A stretch of 64,000 bases of DNA from Mobula hypostoma (taxonomy: Eukaryota). This document shows positions 41,757 to 53,602 of the stretch, piece by piece. Under the pieces are notes generated by a model, which searched no databases, had not been told where the DNA came from, and was given only the letters and a program-made list of their open reading frames with translations. A program made the translations under genes and the position numbers. Position 1 is the stretch's first letter; each line of letters opens with the position of its first letter. The stretch lies in NCBI RefSeq assembly GCF_963921235.1, contig NC_086108.1:15872001-15936000 (forward strand), read 5' to 3'.

Positions 41757-44686
41757 GCCGCACACGGACTATATCCCTCCATACACCTCCCATCCATGTA
41801 TCTGTCCAATTTATTCTTAAATGTTAAAAAAGATCCCGCATTTACCACCTCGTCTGGCAGCTCATTCCATACTCCCACCACTTTCTGTGTGAAGAAGCCC
41901 ACCCTAATGTTCCCTTTAAACTTCTCCCCCCTCACCCTTAACCCATGTCCTCTGTTTTTTTTCTCCCCTTGCCTCAGTAGAAAAAGCCTGCTTGCATTCA
42001 CTCTATCTATACCCATCATAATTTTATATACCTCTATCAAATCTCCCCTCATTCTTCCTCGCTCCAGGGAATAAAGTTCTAACCTATTCAACCTTTCTCT
42101 GTAACTGAGTTTCTCAAGTCCCAGCAACATCCTTGTAAACCTTCTCTGCACTCTTTCAACCTTATTTATATCCTTCCTGTAATTTGGTGACCAAAACTGA
42201 ACACAATACTCCAGATTCAGCCTCACCAATGCCTTATACAACCTCATCATAACATTCCAGCTCTTATACTCAATACTTTGATTAATAAAGGCCAATGTAC
42301 CAAAAGCTCTCTTTATGACCCTATCTACCTGTGACGCCACTTTTAGGGAATTTTGTATCTGTATTCCCAGATCCCTCTGTTCCACTGCACTCCTCAGTGC
42401 CTTACCATTAACCCTGTATGTCCTACCTTGGTTTGTCCTTCCAACGTGCAATACCTCACACTTGTCTGTATTAAACTCCATCTGCCATTTTTCAGCCCAT
42501 TTTTCCAGCTGGTCCAAGTCCCTCTGCAGGCTCTGAAAACCTTCCTCACTATCTACTACACCTCCAATCTTTGTATCATCAGCAAATTTGCTGATCCAAT
42601 TTACCACATTATCATCCAGATCATTGATATAGATGACAAATAACAATGGACCCAGCACTGATCCCTGTGGCACACCACTAGTCACAGGCCTCCACTCAGA
42701 GAAGCAATTCTCTACCACCACTCTCTGGCTTCTTCCATCGAGCCAATGTCTAATCCAATTTACCACCTCTCCATGTATACCTAGCGACTGAATTTTCCTA
42801 ACTAACCTCCCATGCGGGACCTTGTCAACGGCCTTACAGTCCATGTAGACAATATCCACTGCCTTCCCTTCATCCACTTTCCTGGCAACCTCCTCGAAAA
42901 ACTCCAATAGATTGGTCAAACATGACCTACCACACACAAAGCCATGTTGACTCTCCCTAATAAGTCCCTGTCTATCCAAATGCTTGTAGATTCTGTCTCT
43001 TAGTACTCCCTCCAATAACTTACCTACTACCGACGTTAAACTTACTGGCCTATAATTTCCCGGATTACTTTTCAATCCCTTTTTAAACAACGGAACAACA
43101 TGAGCCACTCTCCAATCCTCCGGCACCTCACCTGTAGACAGCGACATTTTAAATATTTCTGCCAGGGCACCTGCAATTTCAGCACTAGTCTCCTTCAAGG
43201 TCTGAGGGAACACCCTGTCAGGTCCCAGGGATTTATCCACTTTAATTTTCCTCAAGACAGCAAGGACCTCCTCCTTTTCGATCTGTACAGTTTCCATGAT
43301 CTCACTACTTGTTTCCCTTAATTCCATAGACTTCATGCCAGTTTCCATAGTAGATACAGACGCAAAAAACCTATTTAAAATCTCCCCCATTTCCTTTGGT
43401 TCCGCACATAGCCGACCACTCTGCTCTTCCAGAGGACCAATTTTATCCCTTACAATCCTTTTGCTCTTAATATACCTGTAAAAGCTCTTTGGATTATCCT
43501 TCACTTTGACAGCCAAGCCAACCTCATGTCTTCTTTTAGCCCTCCTGATTTCTTTCTTAAGTATTTTCTTGCACTTCTTATACTCCTCAAGCACCTTATT
43601 TACTCCCTGCTTCCTATACATGTCATACAACTCCCTCTTCTTCTTTATCAGAGTTGCAATATCCCTTGAGAACCAAGGTTCCTTATTCCTATTCACTTTG
43701 CCTTTAATCCTGACAGGAACATACAAATTCTGCACTCTCAAAATTTCTCCTTTGAAGGCTTCCCATCTACTGATCACATCCTTGCCAGAGAACAACCTAT
43801 TCCAATCCATGCTTTTTAGATCCTTTCTCATTTCTTCAAATTTGGCCTTCTTCCAGTTAAGAACCTCAACCCTAGGACCAGATCTATCCTTGTCCATGAT
43901 CAAGTTGAAACTAATGGTGTTATGATCACTGGAACCAAAGTGCTCCCCTACACAGACTTCTGTCACTTGTCCTAACTTGTTTCCTAACAGGAGATCCAAT
44001 ATTGCAGCCCCTCTAGTTGGTCCCTCTATATATTGATTTAGAAAACTTTCCTGAACACATTTTACAAACTCTAAACCATCTAGACCCCTAACAGTATGGG
44101 AGTCCGAATCAATATATGGAAAATTAAAATCCCCTACCACCACAACTTTATGTTTCCTGCAGTTGCCTGCTATCTCTCTGCAGATTTGCTCTTCCAATTC
44201 TCGTTGACTATTGGGTGGTCTGTAATACAATCCCACTAATGTGGCCATACCTTTCCTGTTTCTCAGCTCCACCCATAAGGACTCAGTAGACAAGCCCTCT
44301 AATCTGTCCTGCCTGAGCACTGCTGTAATATTTTCCCTAACAAGCAATGCTACTCCCCCACCTTTCATTCCTCTGCCTCGATCACATCTGAAACATCGGA
44401 ACCCTGGAATATTAAGCTGCCAGTCCTGCCCCTCCTGTAGCCAAGTTTCACTAATTGCTATAACGTCATAATTCCACATGTCAATCCATGCTCTCAACTC
44501 ACCTGCCTTCCCCGCAATACTCCTAGCATTGAAATATATACACCTCAGAAGATTTTTACCACCACTCACAACCTTTCTATTAGCAGATTTGTTTGAACTT
44601 CTAACATCATTTATTTTCACCCCAGCCACACTGTCAGCTCTGGCACTCTGGTTCCCATCCCCCTGCAAATCCAGTTTAAAGCCTCC
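41757..44686 (-). mobile_element. CR1 LINE with uninterrupted ORF2 (APE endonuclease + reverse transcriptase)
   Basis: ORF 41741..44818: YFNARSI, ISETWL, VGDFN, SDHN (EN); [22 protein letters not shown] (RT). ORF residues from 44687-44818 come from an older flanking CR1. Confidence 0.95.
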
Positions 44687-46270
44687 ATTATCCCTGATGT
44701 TCATTGAATAATTGAACAACATTAGCTTCTCACCAGTCCTCTGGACCTCACTCGTGCCTAGGGATCTCAGGAAGATCTTGGTCAAGGCTCCAGAAAGCTC
44801 ATCTTTGGCCTCTTTCAATAACCTGAGGTATATCCTGGGGACTTATCCAACTTAATATTCTTTAAGACATCTCATTCTATCTCAATGCTATCTCATTCTT
44901 ATCTCAAAATGCCACAGAATATTAGCACACTTCCATATTGATCTCCCTGCCCTCCACGTCCTTCTCGTTGGTTAATATAGATGCAGTATATTCACTTTAA
45001 AGACCTCATCTGCATCCTCCACCTCCAAGTACATGTTCCCTCCTTTATCCTTGTGCAAACTTACCCACTTCCTTGTTATCATCTTTGATGTGCTGTATGT
45101 GCAAACAGCCTTGGAGTTTCCTTTAATTCTACTTTTTAAGGACTTCTTATGACCCTCTTGGATTTTTTAAATTCCCTTTTTGAGTTCTTTACTGTTTATA
45201 TATATATATATAAAATCCTCAAGGGCTCAGTATGATTTTAGCTTCCTAAACCTTAAATATTCTTCCCTGCCCTGCTCTTTACGAAAATTAACCCTACTGT
45301 ATTTCTCAAAAAAAATGTTCCTTTAGCGTGCCATCTTTGTCCTGCCTTCTGATTTGCCCTGTACTCTGTGCAGTTGGTCTTTAAACACCCTCCACACGTC
45401 AGATGTGGGCTTGCTCAAAAAGAGCTGTTCCCCATTAACGCTCCCTAGTTCCTGCCTAATGCTCTTGTAATTTGCTATGATTCAAATGAATATTCACAAC
45501 ACGCTGGAGGAACTCAGCAGATCGGGCAGCATCCGTGGAAAAGATCGGTCGATGTTTCGGGCTGGAATCCTTCGTCAGGCTTCATCAAATGAATACTCTC
45601 CCACATAAAATAAAGATCCATATTTATGTTTAACTGTAGCAGTACGAAAACTTATGGAGTTGTGATCTCTTTTCCATAACTGTTGTCCCATTGAAGGGCC
45701 AGGCATCAGGCCAGGTTCATTACTAACGCCGGGTACAGTACACCCCTCCTTTTGTTCGACTATCTACATATTAATTAAGGAAATCCTCCTGGATGCATCT
45801 AAAAAATTCTGCCCCATCTAAGCCTTTTGAACTAAGGAGGGCCCAGTTGTTTTTACATCTTTCCCAAATCTGCTAGTATGTATGTTCTTCAATGTCCTTG
45901 TAGCTATTGGGGGGGGGGGGGTAGTGTGTAGTATAGACCCATCGGAGTGATTTAAACTTTCTTATTCTTGAATCCTCCTCATATAGACAATGGATGGGCC
46001 TTCCATTATGTCTCCTCCATGTGCAGCTGTGATATTGTCCCTGATTTATAGCACAACTCCTTAACCCCACCCCTCCTTATAACCCCTTCTTTACTAAAAC
46101 ATTAAAGCCCTGGAACTTTAAGCACACATTCCTGTTCTTCTCTCCTTTGTGTAATGGCCATAACATCATACTTCCATGTACTGATCCATGCTCTAAATTC
46201 ATCACCCTCGCCTATAATACTCTAAGCATTAAAATATACACACTTCAACCTTTCCATTCCTTTGTGTCTA
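44687..46270 (-). mobile_element. Older degenerate CR1 (EN/tether region)
   Basis: Remnants colinear with the EN region of the 41757-44686 copy. Confidence 0.65.
45493..45584 (-). mobile_element. Tiny Penelope pLTR fragment with hammerhead core
   Basis: Minus strand CTGACGA..GAAACATC; flanked by direct repeat TCAAATGAATA (45482-45492 and 45585-45595). Confidence 0.65.
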
Positions 46271-46274
46271 TTAC

Positions 46275-46765
46275 CTTATAACCATATAACCATATAACAA
46301 TTACAGCACGGAAACAGGCTATCTCGGCCCTTCTAGTCTGTGCTGAACTCTTACTCTCACCTAGTTCCACCGACCTGCACTCAGCCTATAACCCTCCATC
46401 CTTTCCTGTCCATATATCTATCCAATTTAACTTTAACCAACAACATCGAACCTGCCTCAACCACTTCTGCTGGAAGCTCGTTCCACACAGCTACCATTCT
46501 CTGAGTAAAGAAGTTCCCCCTCATGTTACCCCTAAACTTTTGCCCTTTAACTCTCAACTCATGTCCTCTTGTTTGAATCTCCCCCAGTCTCAATGGAAAA
46601 AGCCTATCCACATCAACTCTATCTATCCCCCTCATAATTTTAAACACCTCTATCAAGTCCCCCCTCAACCTTCTACGCTCCAAAGAATAAAGACCTAACT
46701 TGTTCAACCTTTCTCTGTAACTTAGGAGATGAAACCCAGGCAATATTTTAGTAAACCTCCTCTGT
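46275..46765 (-). mobile_element. CR1 3' fragment with (TATGGT)n-like tail
   Basis: ORF 46381..46809 VQRRFTKILPG..RRLRGDLIEVFKIM. Confidence 0.85.
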
Positions 46766-48350
46766 ACAATTGGTGAGATGGAGAGTGCTGTGTGGGCTGT
46801 GTGGTCCAAGCATGTCGCTGCACCAGGATCTGGGTCCTAGAGCGAGGCATTACCCAGTGCATGGACAATTGAAAAGGCCGTCCAAATAGATGGGAAAACC
46901 TGAGTGTCGGGACCCCAGGCTGGACTGGTTGTGCTCGCTTTCCAGTGATGCTCATTCCTCTCGTGGCCGCAATGAGGCCATGAACCCCTCCAACTGCTGT
47001 CGTCTCTGCGACATTTTTGCCCCGCTAATATGATGCACTGAGATTGGTACTCTGGCTGCTCTGGGGAATGGATCTAAGGACTCAGTCTCGTTCGGAATGC
47101 TATTGCTTGCTCCTATTGTTTGCATGATGTGTGTGTGTGTGTGTGTGTGTGTTTTCTCCCCCTTTCTCACTGCAGTGGTTATGGCCTTTCATTTTTTTTA
47201 AATTGAGTTCTTCAGCTTTCTTGCTTTGTGGCTGCCTGTAAGCAAATAGATCTCAAGGTACATAATTTTTTCATTCTTTGATAATGAATGTACTTCGAAT
47301 CTTGAATCTTTGAATATCCTGCAGCGACTCTGATACATCCTGGACACTAGCGCCCAGGAGGCAACCTGGTGTCTCTTTTGCCTCCACAGAATCTCCAGTC
47401 TGTCCCCCTAACTATCAAGTCCCCTGTAACTACCTCATTGTCTGACTTTACCCTTCCCTGTTGAGCCTCAGAACCGGCCACAGTGCCACCAGCCTGGCTG
47501 CTGCTGCCGTACCCTGATGGGTCATCTCCCCAGCAGTATCCAAAGACGTATACTCATAGCTGAGGGGAATGGCCACAGGGGAACACTGTATTGACTTCTT
47601 AATCTCCTTACCTCTACTGGTGGTCACCCATCTACTGTCCAAAGCCTGTACTCTGGGTGTGACCACCTCTTCAGAAGTTTCATCTATAATATCAGGGTCA
47701 GGACAGTCTATTGGTGATGTTTGCTCCTACAAGCATGAAGCTCTCAACCTCAGCTCCACTGGTGAAGACAAGAGCATATGCATCGCCTGCCTTCCTGAAT
47801 TTAATGATCAACTCTTTTGTTATGCTGACACTAACAGGAAAGTTGTCATGCCACCATGTCATTAAGTTCTTTATCACCTGATGTATTCTGACTCCTCATT
47901 ATTTGAAAGATTGCCCACTATGGTGCAATCATCTCAAAACTTGTAGATGGAGGTAGAGCACAATCTGACCACACAGTCATGAGTGTACAGGATCAGGCTA
48001 GAATCAACTCCTGTCTCAGCAAGGACCTGGACCCACTGCAATTTGCCTATCACCACAATAGGTCAACGGCAGATGCAATCTCACTGGCTCTCCATGCAGC
48101 CTTGGATCACCTGGATAGTACTTCAGGATGTTGTTTATTGACAACAGCTCAGCATTTAACACAATCATTCCTACAGTCTGACCAAAAAGCTCCAAAATAT
48201 GGGTTTCTGTATCTCCTACTGTAACTGGATCCTCAACTTCCTAACCAGCAGACCACAATCTGTGCAGATTGGAAATAACATCTCCACATCCTAGACATAC
48301 AAGGCTGGCACACCTCAGGGATGTGTGCTTAGCCCATTGCTCTATTCTCT

Positions 48351-49797
48351 CATAGAAACATAGAAACATAGAAAATAGGTGCAGGAGTAGGCCATTCGGC
48401 CCTTCGAGCCTGCACCGCCATTCAGTATGATCATGGCTGATCATCCAACTCAGAACCCTGTACCAGCCTTCCCTCCATACTCCCTGATCCCTTTAGCCAC
48501 AAGGGCCATATCTAACTCCCTCTTGGATATAGCCAATGAACTGGCCTCAACTGTTTCCTGTGGCAGAGAATTCCACTTTCTCTGTGTGAAGAAGTTTTTC
48601 CTAATCTCGGTCCTAAAAGGCTTCCCCTTTATCCTCAAACTGTGACCCCTCGTTCTGGACTTCCCCAACATCGGGAACAATCTTCCTGCATCTAGCCTGT
48701 CCAATCCCTTTAGGATTTTATACATTTCAATCAGATCCCCCCTCAATCTTCTAAATTCCAACGAGTATAAGCCTAGTTCATCCAGTCTTTCATCATATGA
48801 AAGTCCTGCCATCCCAGGAATCAATCTGGTGAACCTTCTTTGTACTCCCTCTATGGCAAGAATGTCTTTCCTCAGATTAGGGAACCAAAACTGCACACAG
48901 TACTCCAGGTGTGGTCTCACCAAGGCCTTGTACAACTGCAGTAGTACCTCCCTGCTCCTGTACTCGAATCCTCTTGCTATCAATGCCAGCATACCATTTG
49001 CCTTTTTCACCGCCTGCTGTACCTGCATGCCCACTTTCAATGACTGGTGTATAATGACACCCAGGTCTCGTTGCACCTCCCCTTTTCCTAATCGGCCACC
49101 ATTCAGATAATAATCTGTTTTCCTATTTTTGCCACCAAAGTGGATAACTTCACATTTATCCACATTAAATTGCATCTGCCATGAATTTGCCCACTCACCC
49201 AACCTATCCAAGTCACCCTACGTCCTCTTAGCATCCTCCTCACAGCTAACACTGCTGCCCAGCTTTGTGTCATCCGCAAACTTGGAGATTTAATTCCCTC
49301 ATCCAAGTCATTAATATATATTGTAAACAACTGGGGTCCCAGCACTGAGCCTTGCGGTACCCCACTAGTCACTGCCTGCCATTCTGAAAAGGTCCCGTTT
49401 ACTCCCACTCTTTGCTTCCTGTCTGCCAACCAATTCTCTATCCACATCAATACCTTACCCCCAATACCGTGTGCTTTAAGTTTGCACACTACTCTCCTGT
49501 GTGGGACCTTGTCAAAAGCCTTTTGAAAATCCAAATATACCACATCCACTGGTTCTTCCCTATCCACTCTACTAGTTAGATCCTCAAAAAATTCTATGAG
49601 ATTCGTCAGAGATGATTTTCCTTTCACAAATCCATGCTGACTTTGTCCGATGATTTCACTGCTTTCCAAATGTGCTGTTATCACATCTTTGATAACTGAC
49701 TCTAGCAGTTTCCCCACCACCGACGTTAGGCTAACCAGTCTATAATTCCCTGGTTTCTCTCTCCCTCCTTTTTTAAAAAGTGGGGTTACATTAGCCC
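48351..49797 (-). mobile_element. Young 5'-truncated CR1
   Basis: ORFs 49103..49972 and 48450..49211 (frameshifted RT); CATAGAAA x3 tail. Confidence 0.95.
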
Positions 49798-50524
49798 CTC
49801 TACATCTCTCTCTACATCCACGACTGTGTGTCTTGGCACGGCTTAAATGCCATCTATAAGTTTGCTGATGACACATCTTCAGAAGTTGGCAGAATTTCAG
49901 ATGGTGACAAGAGGCCATTCTGGAGCAAGATATATCAGTTAGTTGGGTGGTGTCACTGCAACAACCTTGCATTCAACATCAGTAAGACCAAAGAACTGAT
50001 TGTGGGCTCTAGAAAGGTAAGATGAGAATAAACACACAACAATCCCCATAGACAGATCAGAAGTGGAAAGAGTGAGCAATTTCAAGTTTCTGGGTGTCAA
50101 TATCTCTGAGGATTTATCCTGAGCCCAACACATCAATGCAGCTATACAGAAGGCCCAACAATGACTTTATTTTGTTAGGAGTTTTGTTTATTTTATTATT
50201 TACAGGTTGAGTGCATCGCGAGCTAAGCCGGCATTTATTGCCCATCCCCAGTTGCCCTTGAGAAGGTTTGAGGAGATTTGGAATGTCACTTAAGACACTC
50301 GCAAATTTCTACGGATGTTCTGACTGACTGCATCTCTGTCTGATATGGGGAGAGATGGACTGCTACTCAGTGTCGACTTAAGCTGCAGAGAGTTGTAAAC
50401 TCAGTCAGCTCCATCATGGGTACTAGCTTCCATAATATCCAGGACATCTTGAAGGACCAATGCCTCAAAAAGGTGGCATCCATCATTAAGGACTCCCATG
50501 ATCTAGGTCATGCTCTCTTCTCAA

Positions 50525-51247
50525 TGTAGCCTCCTGGTAAGCCTCAGGCTCACTCAGCTCACTTTCGTTCAGAGGGAGCAGCCTTCAGCCCGCCAAACTG
50601 GGTAATCAAGTTTGTGTAGATGCTGTGTGATGTACCCCACCCCGCCAAATAAGACAATACACCATATGTGATTAAATGATTACACTTTATAGATCTTACT
50701 GGAACTATGTAATTAATAGAGATACAATATAAAAGGAAAGGAAAAGGCACCAAACTTATTAAAGTTCAACCACTTTGTGCACAACCGTTGGAGCTCGATG
50801 AATGGAGTCTTCTTTCCATCATGCGATTTCCTTCGACCCCCTCGACCCGCCGCCTGGGACCAACCACAGTGGTCGACCAGAGCGCGTCCAGCACATCCTT
50901 CCTCTTTGGTTCTCCTCCCCAAAACCCTGGGCCTTGGACTCCCGCTTGGAGTCTGTTCCGTCACCCAGCTTACAGCATCGCATCTCCTCTCTCTGTCCCC
51001 ATCGCGCCTTCTGCCCCAAAGCCCGCAAAAACAATAGCTTACAGATACACAAGAAAGAATAACATCTATCCCAATTGGTTAGCAAATTAATACAATTCCC
51101 TTATCAGTAATATAACCCAAACAAGTTGCTAGAGAGAGAACCACTGTCTCAGCAGTTAACATCACCGAGAAGTCATTTTATTTTTAACATAACAAAGAAG
51201 CCATTTTATTCACCTTAGCAGTATCATAAAAGAAGAAACCTCTTACA
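50525..51247 (-). repeat. Gypsy 3' LTR (723 bp, TG...CA)
   Basis: Direct repeat of 56670-57239 + 61315-61467; preceded on the minus strand by PPT TTTGGTGGGGGGAGAG (51248-51263). Confidence 0.93.
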
Positions 51248-51753
51248 CTCTCCCCCCACCAAATTTAGTCATGTCCTCATGACTTCTAAATAACTCACCA
51301 ACCCTTCCTGCAGACACAAAAATCCAATCCAGGTACAAACAGTGACATTGCTCCCCAAACAGTGGACCTTATGCCCTGTTCCTCAAGCGCTGCATAGGCT
51401 AACCTATCTGGGAGTTTCCTAATCCTCCGAGACATCCGTACCCCCTCACCTAAACCCTTCAGGCTCGGACACTACTGGGGATACTTCGGGTCTGCTTGCC
51501 AACTCCTCTCTCAATCTCTTACTCGTGCCCCCACTGCAACTCAGAGCCCCATGTCCCATGTCCGGGGCCCCGCTTCTTTTCCTTCAGGGTCCTGCTGTAA
51601 CACAGGCTGCCCACAGCTAGCCCTCTTCACTACCCCTGACTCAGTGGGAGAAGGGCCAAAAGTCTCTTCATCCAACAAGGGGAAGTTAGTGAAAGGCAGC
51701 ATGTACCACACATCCAGCACATTATCCTTCAAATCCGTATTCTTCCTCATTTC

Positions 51754-52188
51754 CTCGATCGGTAGCTGCTGTTTGATTTTCTCCAAACTGAAGCACTTAG
51801 CCTGGCTGCCTCTGCAGCCTCTCCAGCCTCCTGTGATCGAAATGTCAGCTTCTTCTCTGACTCCTCCAATCCTCACCCTAGTCTCAGCAGTTCTGACCCA
51901 CGCTTCATGTCCATCTCCATCTGGGATGCAATTACACCACCAGCTTCTTCCAATCTGTTCTGGATCGATGTCTTGAGTTTCTGCTGATCCTTTCGAAGGT
52001 TGGTCATTGTTTTGTCTCTGGATTAATTCATCAGTAAATGACCGCAGTTTCAGCTCGGAATTCCGTTTCCCCGTCTCCACTTTGACGAGCGTGAACTCCA
52101 ATGCTTCAATGGTTGTCCCAAAATTGCAGCACTCCGTCTCCAGCCTGCATTTCTGAGCATTCAGTTCAGTGGTGCAAATCTCCTCACT
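51754..52188 (-). pseudogene. Captured sarcomeric myosin heavy-chain rod fragments inside Gypsy pol
   Basis: Translates (two frameshifts, one stop) EEICTTELNAQKCRLETECCNFGTTIEALEFTLVKVETGKRNSELKLRSFTDEL../RDKTMTNLRKDQQKLKTSIQ/NRLEEAGGVIASQMEMDMKRGSELLRLG*GLEES/EKKLTFRSQEAGEAAEA../QAKCFSLEKIKQQL, matching recalled myosin-II tail motifs. Confidence 0.85.
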
Positions 52189-53230
52189 CAGGAGCTGCGT
52201 CTCTCTCCAGACTTGGCACTCGTCCAAAGAAAGTTTTACTTCGTTAATCCCTAGTCGCCCGGGATCCTTCACTCGCCTCGCTTCATAGTCTTCCAAGGCG
52301 AATCCCAATGCTAGGAGATTATCCAAATACACCAAAACTCCACACACCTCCACATCCCCCATGGTCTTCTCCATGCCCCGTGGGAAGGTTTCAGGGGCTC
52401 CGGATATGCCCTGTGGCATCTTTTCGGGCCAGAAGAATCGTAGGGGACCTATAACGGCCGTCTTCTTGTCAGCTTCACTCATCGGGATCTGGCAACATCC
52501 ACTCCTCAGATCCAGCACATTAAACCACGTTGCACCACTCAGACAGACCATCGCGTCTTCGGCCCTCAAGACCGTATACTGGTCATTGACCGTGCGCCTG
52601 TTCAGAGTCCTATAATCCACACACACGCTGCCTACGTCTTCCACAGCTGCAGGGGCCAGTCACTGCGACCTCTCTCTCACCGAGGTGTCTTCAGCGATCA
52701 ACTCCCCTCCCTCGTGGTATTCCGGAGCGTCCACTAAGAGGGTCTCACCCTCAGATACCTCCCCCAGGCCGTACCACGATCGGTTCTCGTTTAAATTTGG
52801 CACAGGCCCAATGCTGCTACACACGTCCTCACAAGCAGCTGGAAACACTGGGTGCACAGACAATGCCCCCAAAACAGCTCTCACCCACCTTCTCCTGGCA
52901 GGCCCCCATGCACCTCCTCACCAGCCCAGAATCGAAACGCTGCCCATCACACCAGGGTCCAGACACATCAGCATTAACGATTCACAACCCTCTGACACCC
53001 ACACATTGGCCTCCAAGAACTCCAGTTTCACTGACCAATAACCGTCGTCTGGATAATCACCGGCACAGGTACCCCAAATCTCCAGTGTCCTTAATGTTGT
53101 CAAGAGTAAATACTTCAAATACCGGTTGTAAAACGAACTGTACAGCAACTTGACTTGTGCCCTAGTGTCGAGGATGGCTTTAGCATAGCTTCCATCTATC
53201 CGTAACAATACCCGAGGGCGCGGTCCCGCT
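52189..53230 (-). pseudogene. Gypsy protease and RT remnants
   Basis: AILDTRAQV (aspartic protease); CVDYRTLN, LDLRSGCCQI, MPQGISGAP, YLDNLL (RT with degenerate YxDD). Confidence 0.9.
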
Positions 53231-53602
53231 AAGCCTTCAGGAATAGGGTCTTTTCCTTTCGGGAGTTCCTTGGTTCATTGCTGAGAACGTGCTTCGCCAG
53301 AGACCCCAAGCCATTCCCTCACTGGGCTTCCACTAAGTTTCCTGACACCTCTCTGATCATCTGAACAACTGAGGGAGGGGCTGATTCCCTTAAAAGATCC
53401 CCCTGGCACTGCAAGCAATTTAGCTGCCCCCCTATCCAGAGAAGCTTTTCCCCAATCTCCTGACACAGGTATGGAAAGCCCCTCAGGCACTGCATTTTAC
53501 TTCCAGTCAAACGAAATGCATTTTCCCCCGCTTTCAGATAACTGGCAGCTGTCACTATGGGGCAATTGACCCTGACAGTTCTAACACCGTCAACAGCCCG
53601 CC

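Noticed and set aside
51754..52188. Genuine exons of a myosin gene on the minus strand
   Set aside because: No splice sites or introns between the pieces; they are fused directly to Gypsy RT and lie between two LTRs.
51541..52644. 367-aa ORF as a functional RT-myosin fusion protein in this copy
   Set aside because: The RT catalytic motif is degenerate (YLDN), and the middle of the myosin part is out of frame in this ORF and has a stop in its own frame.
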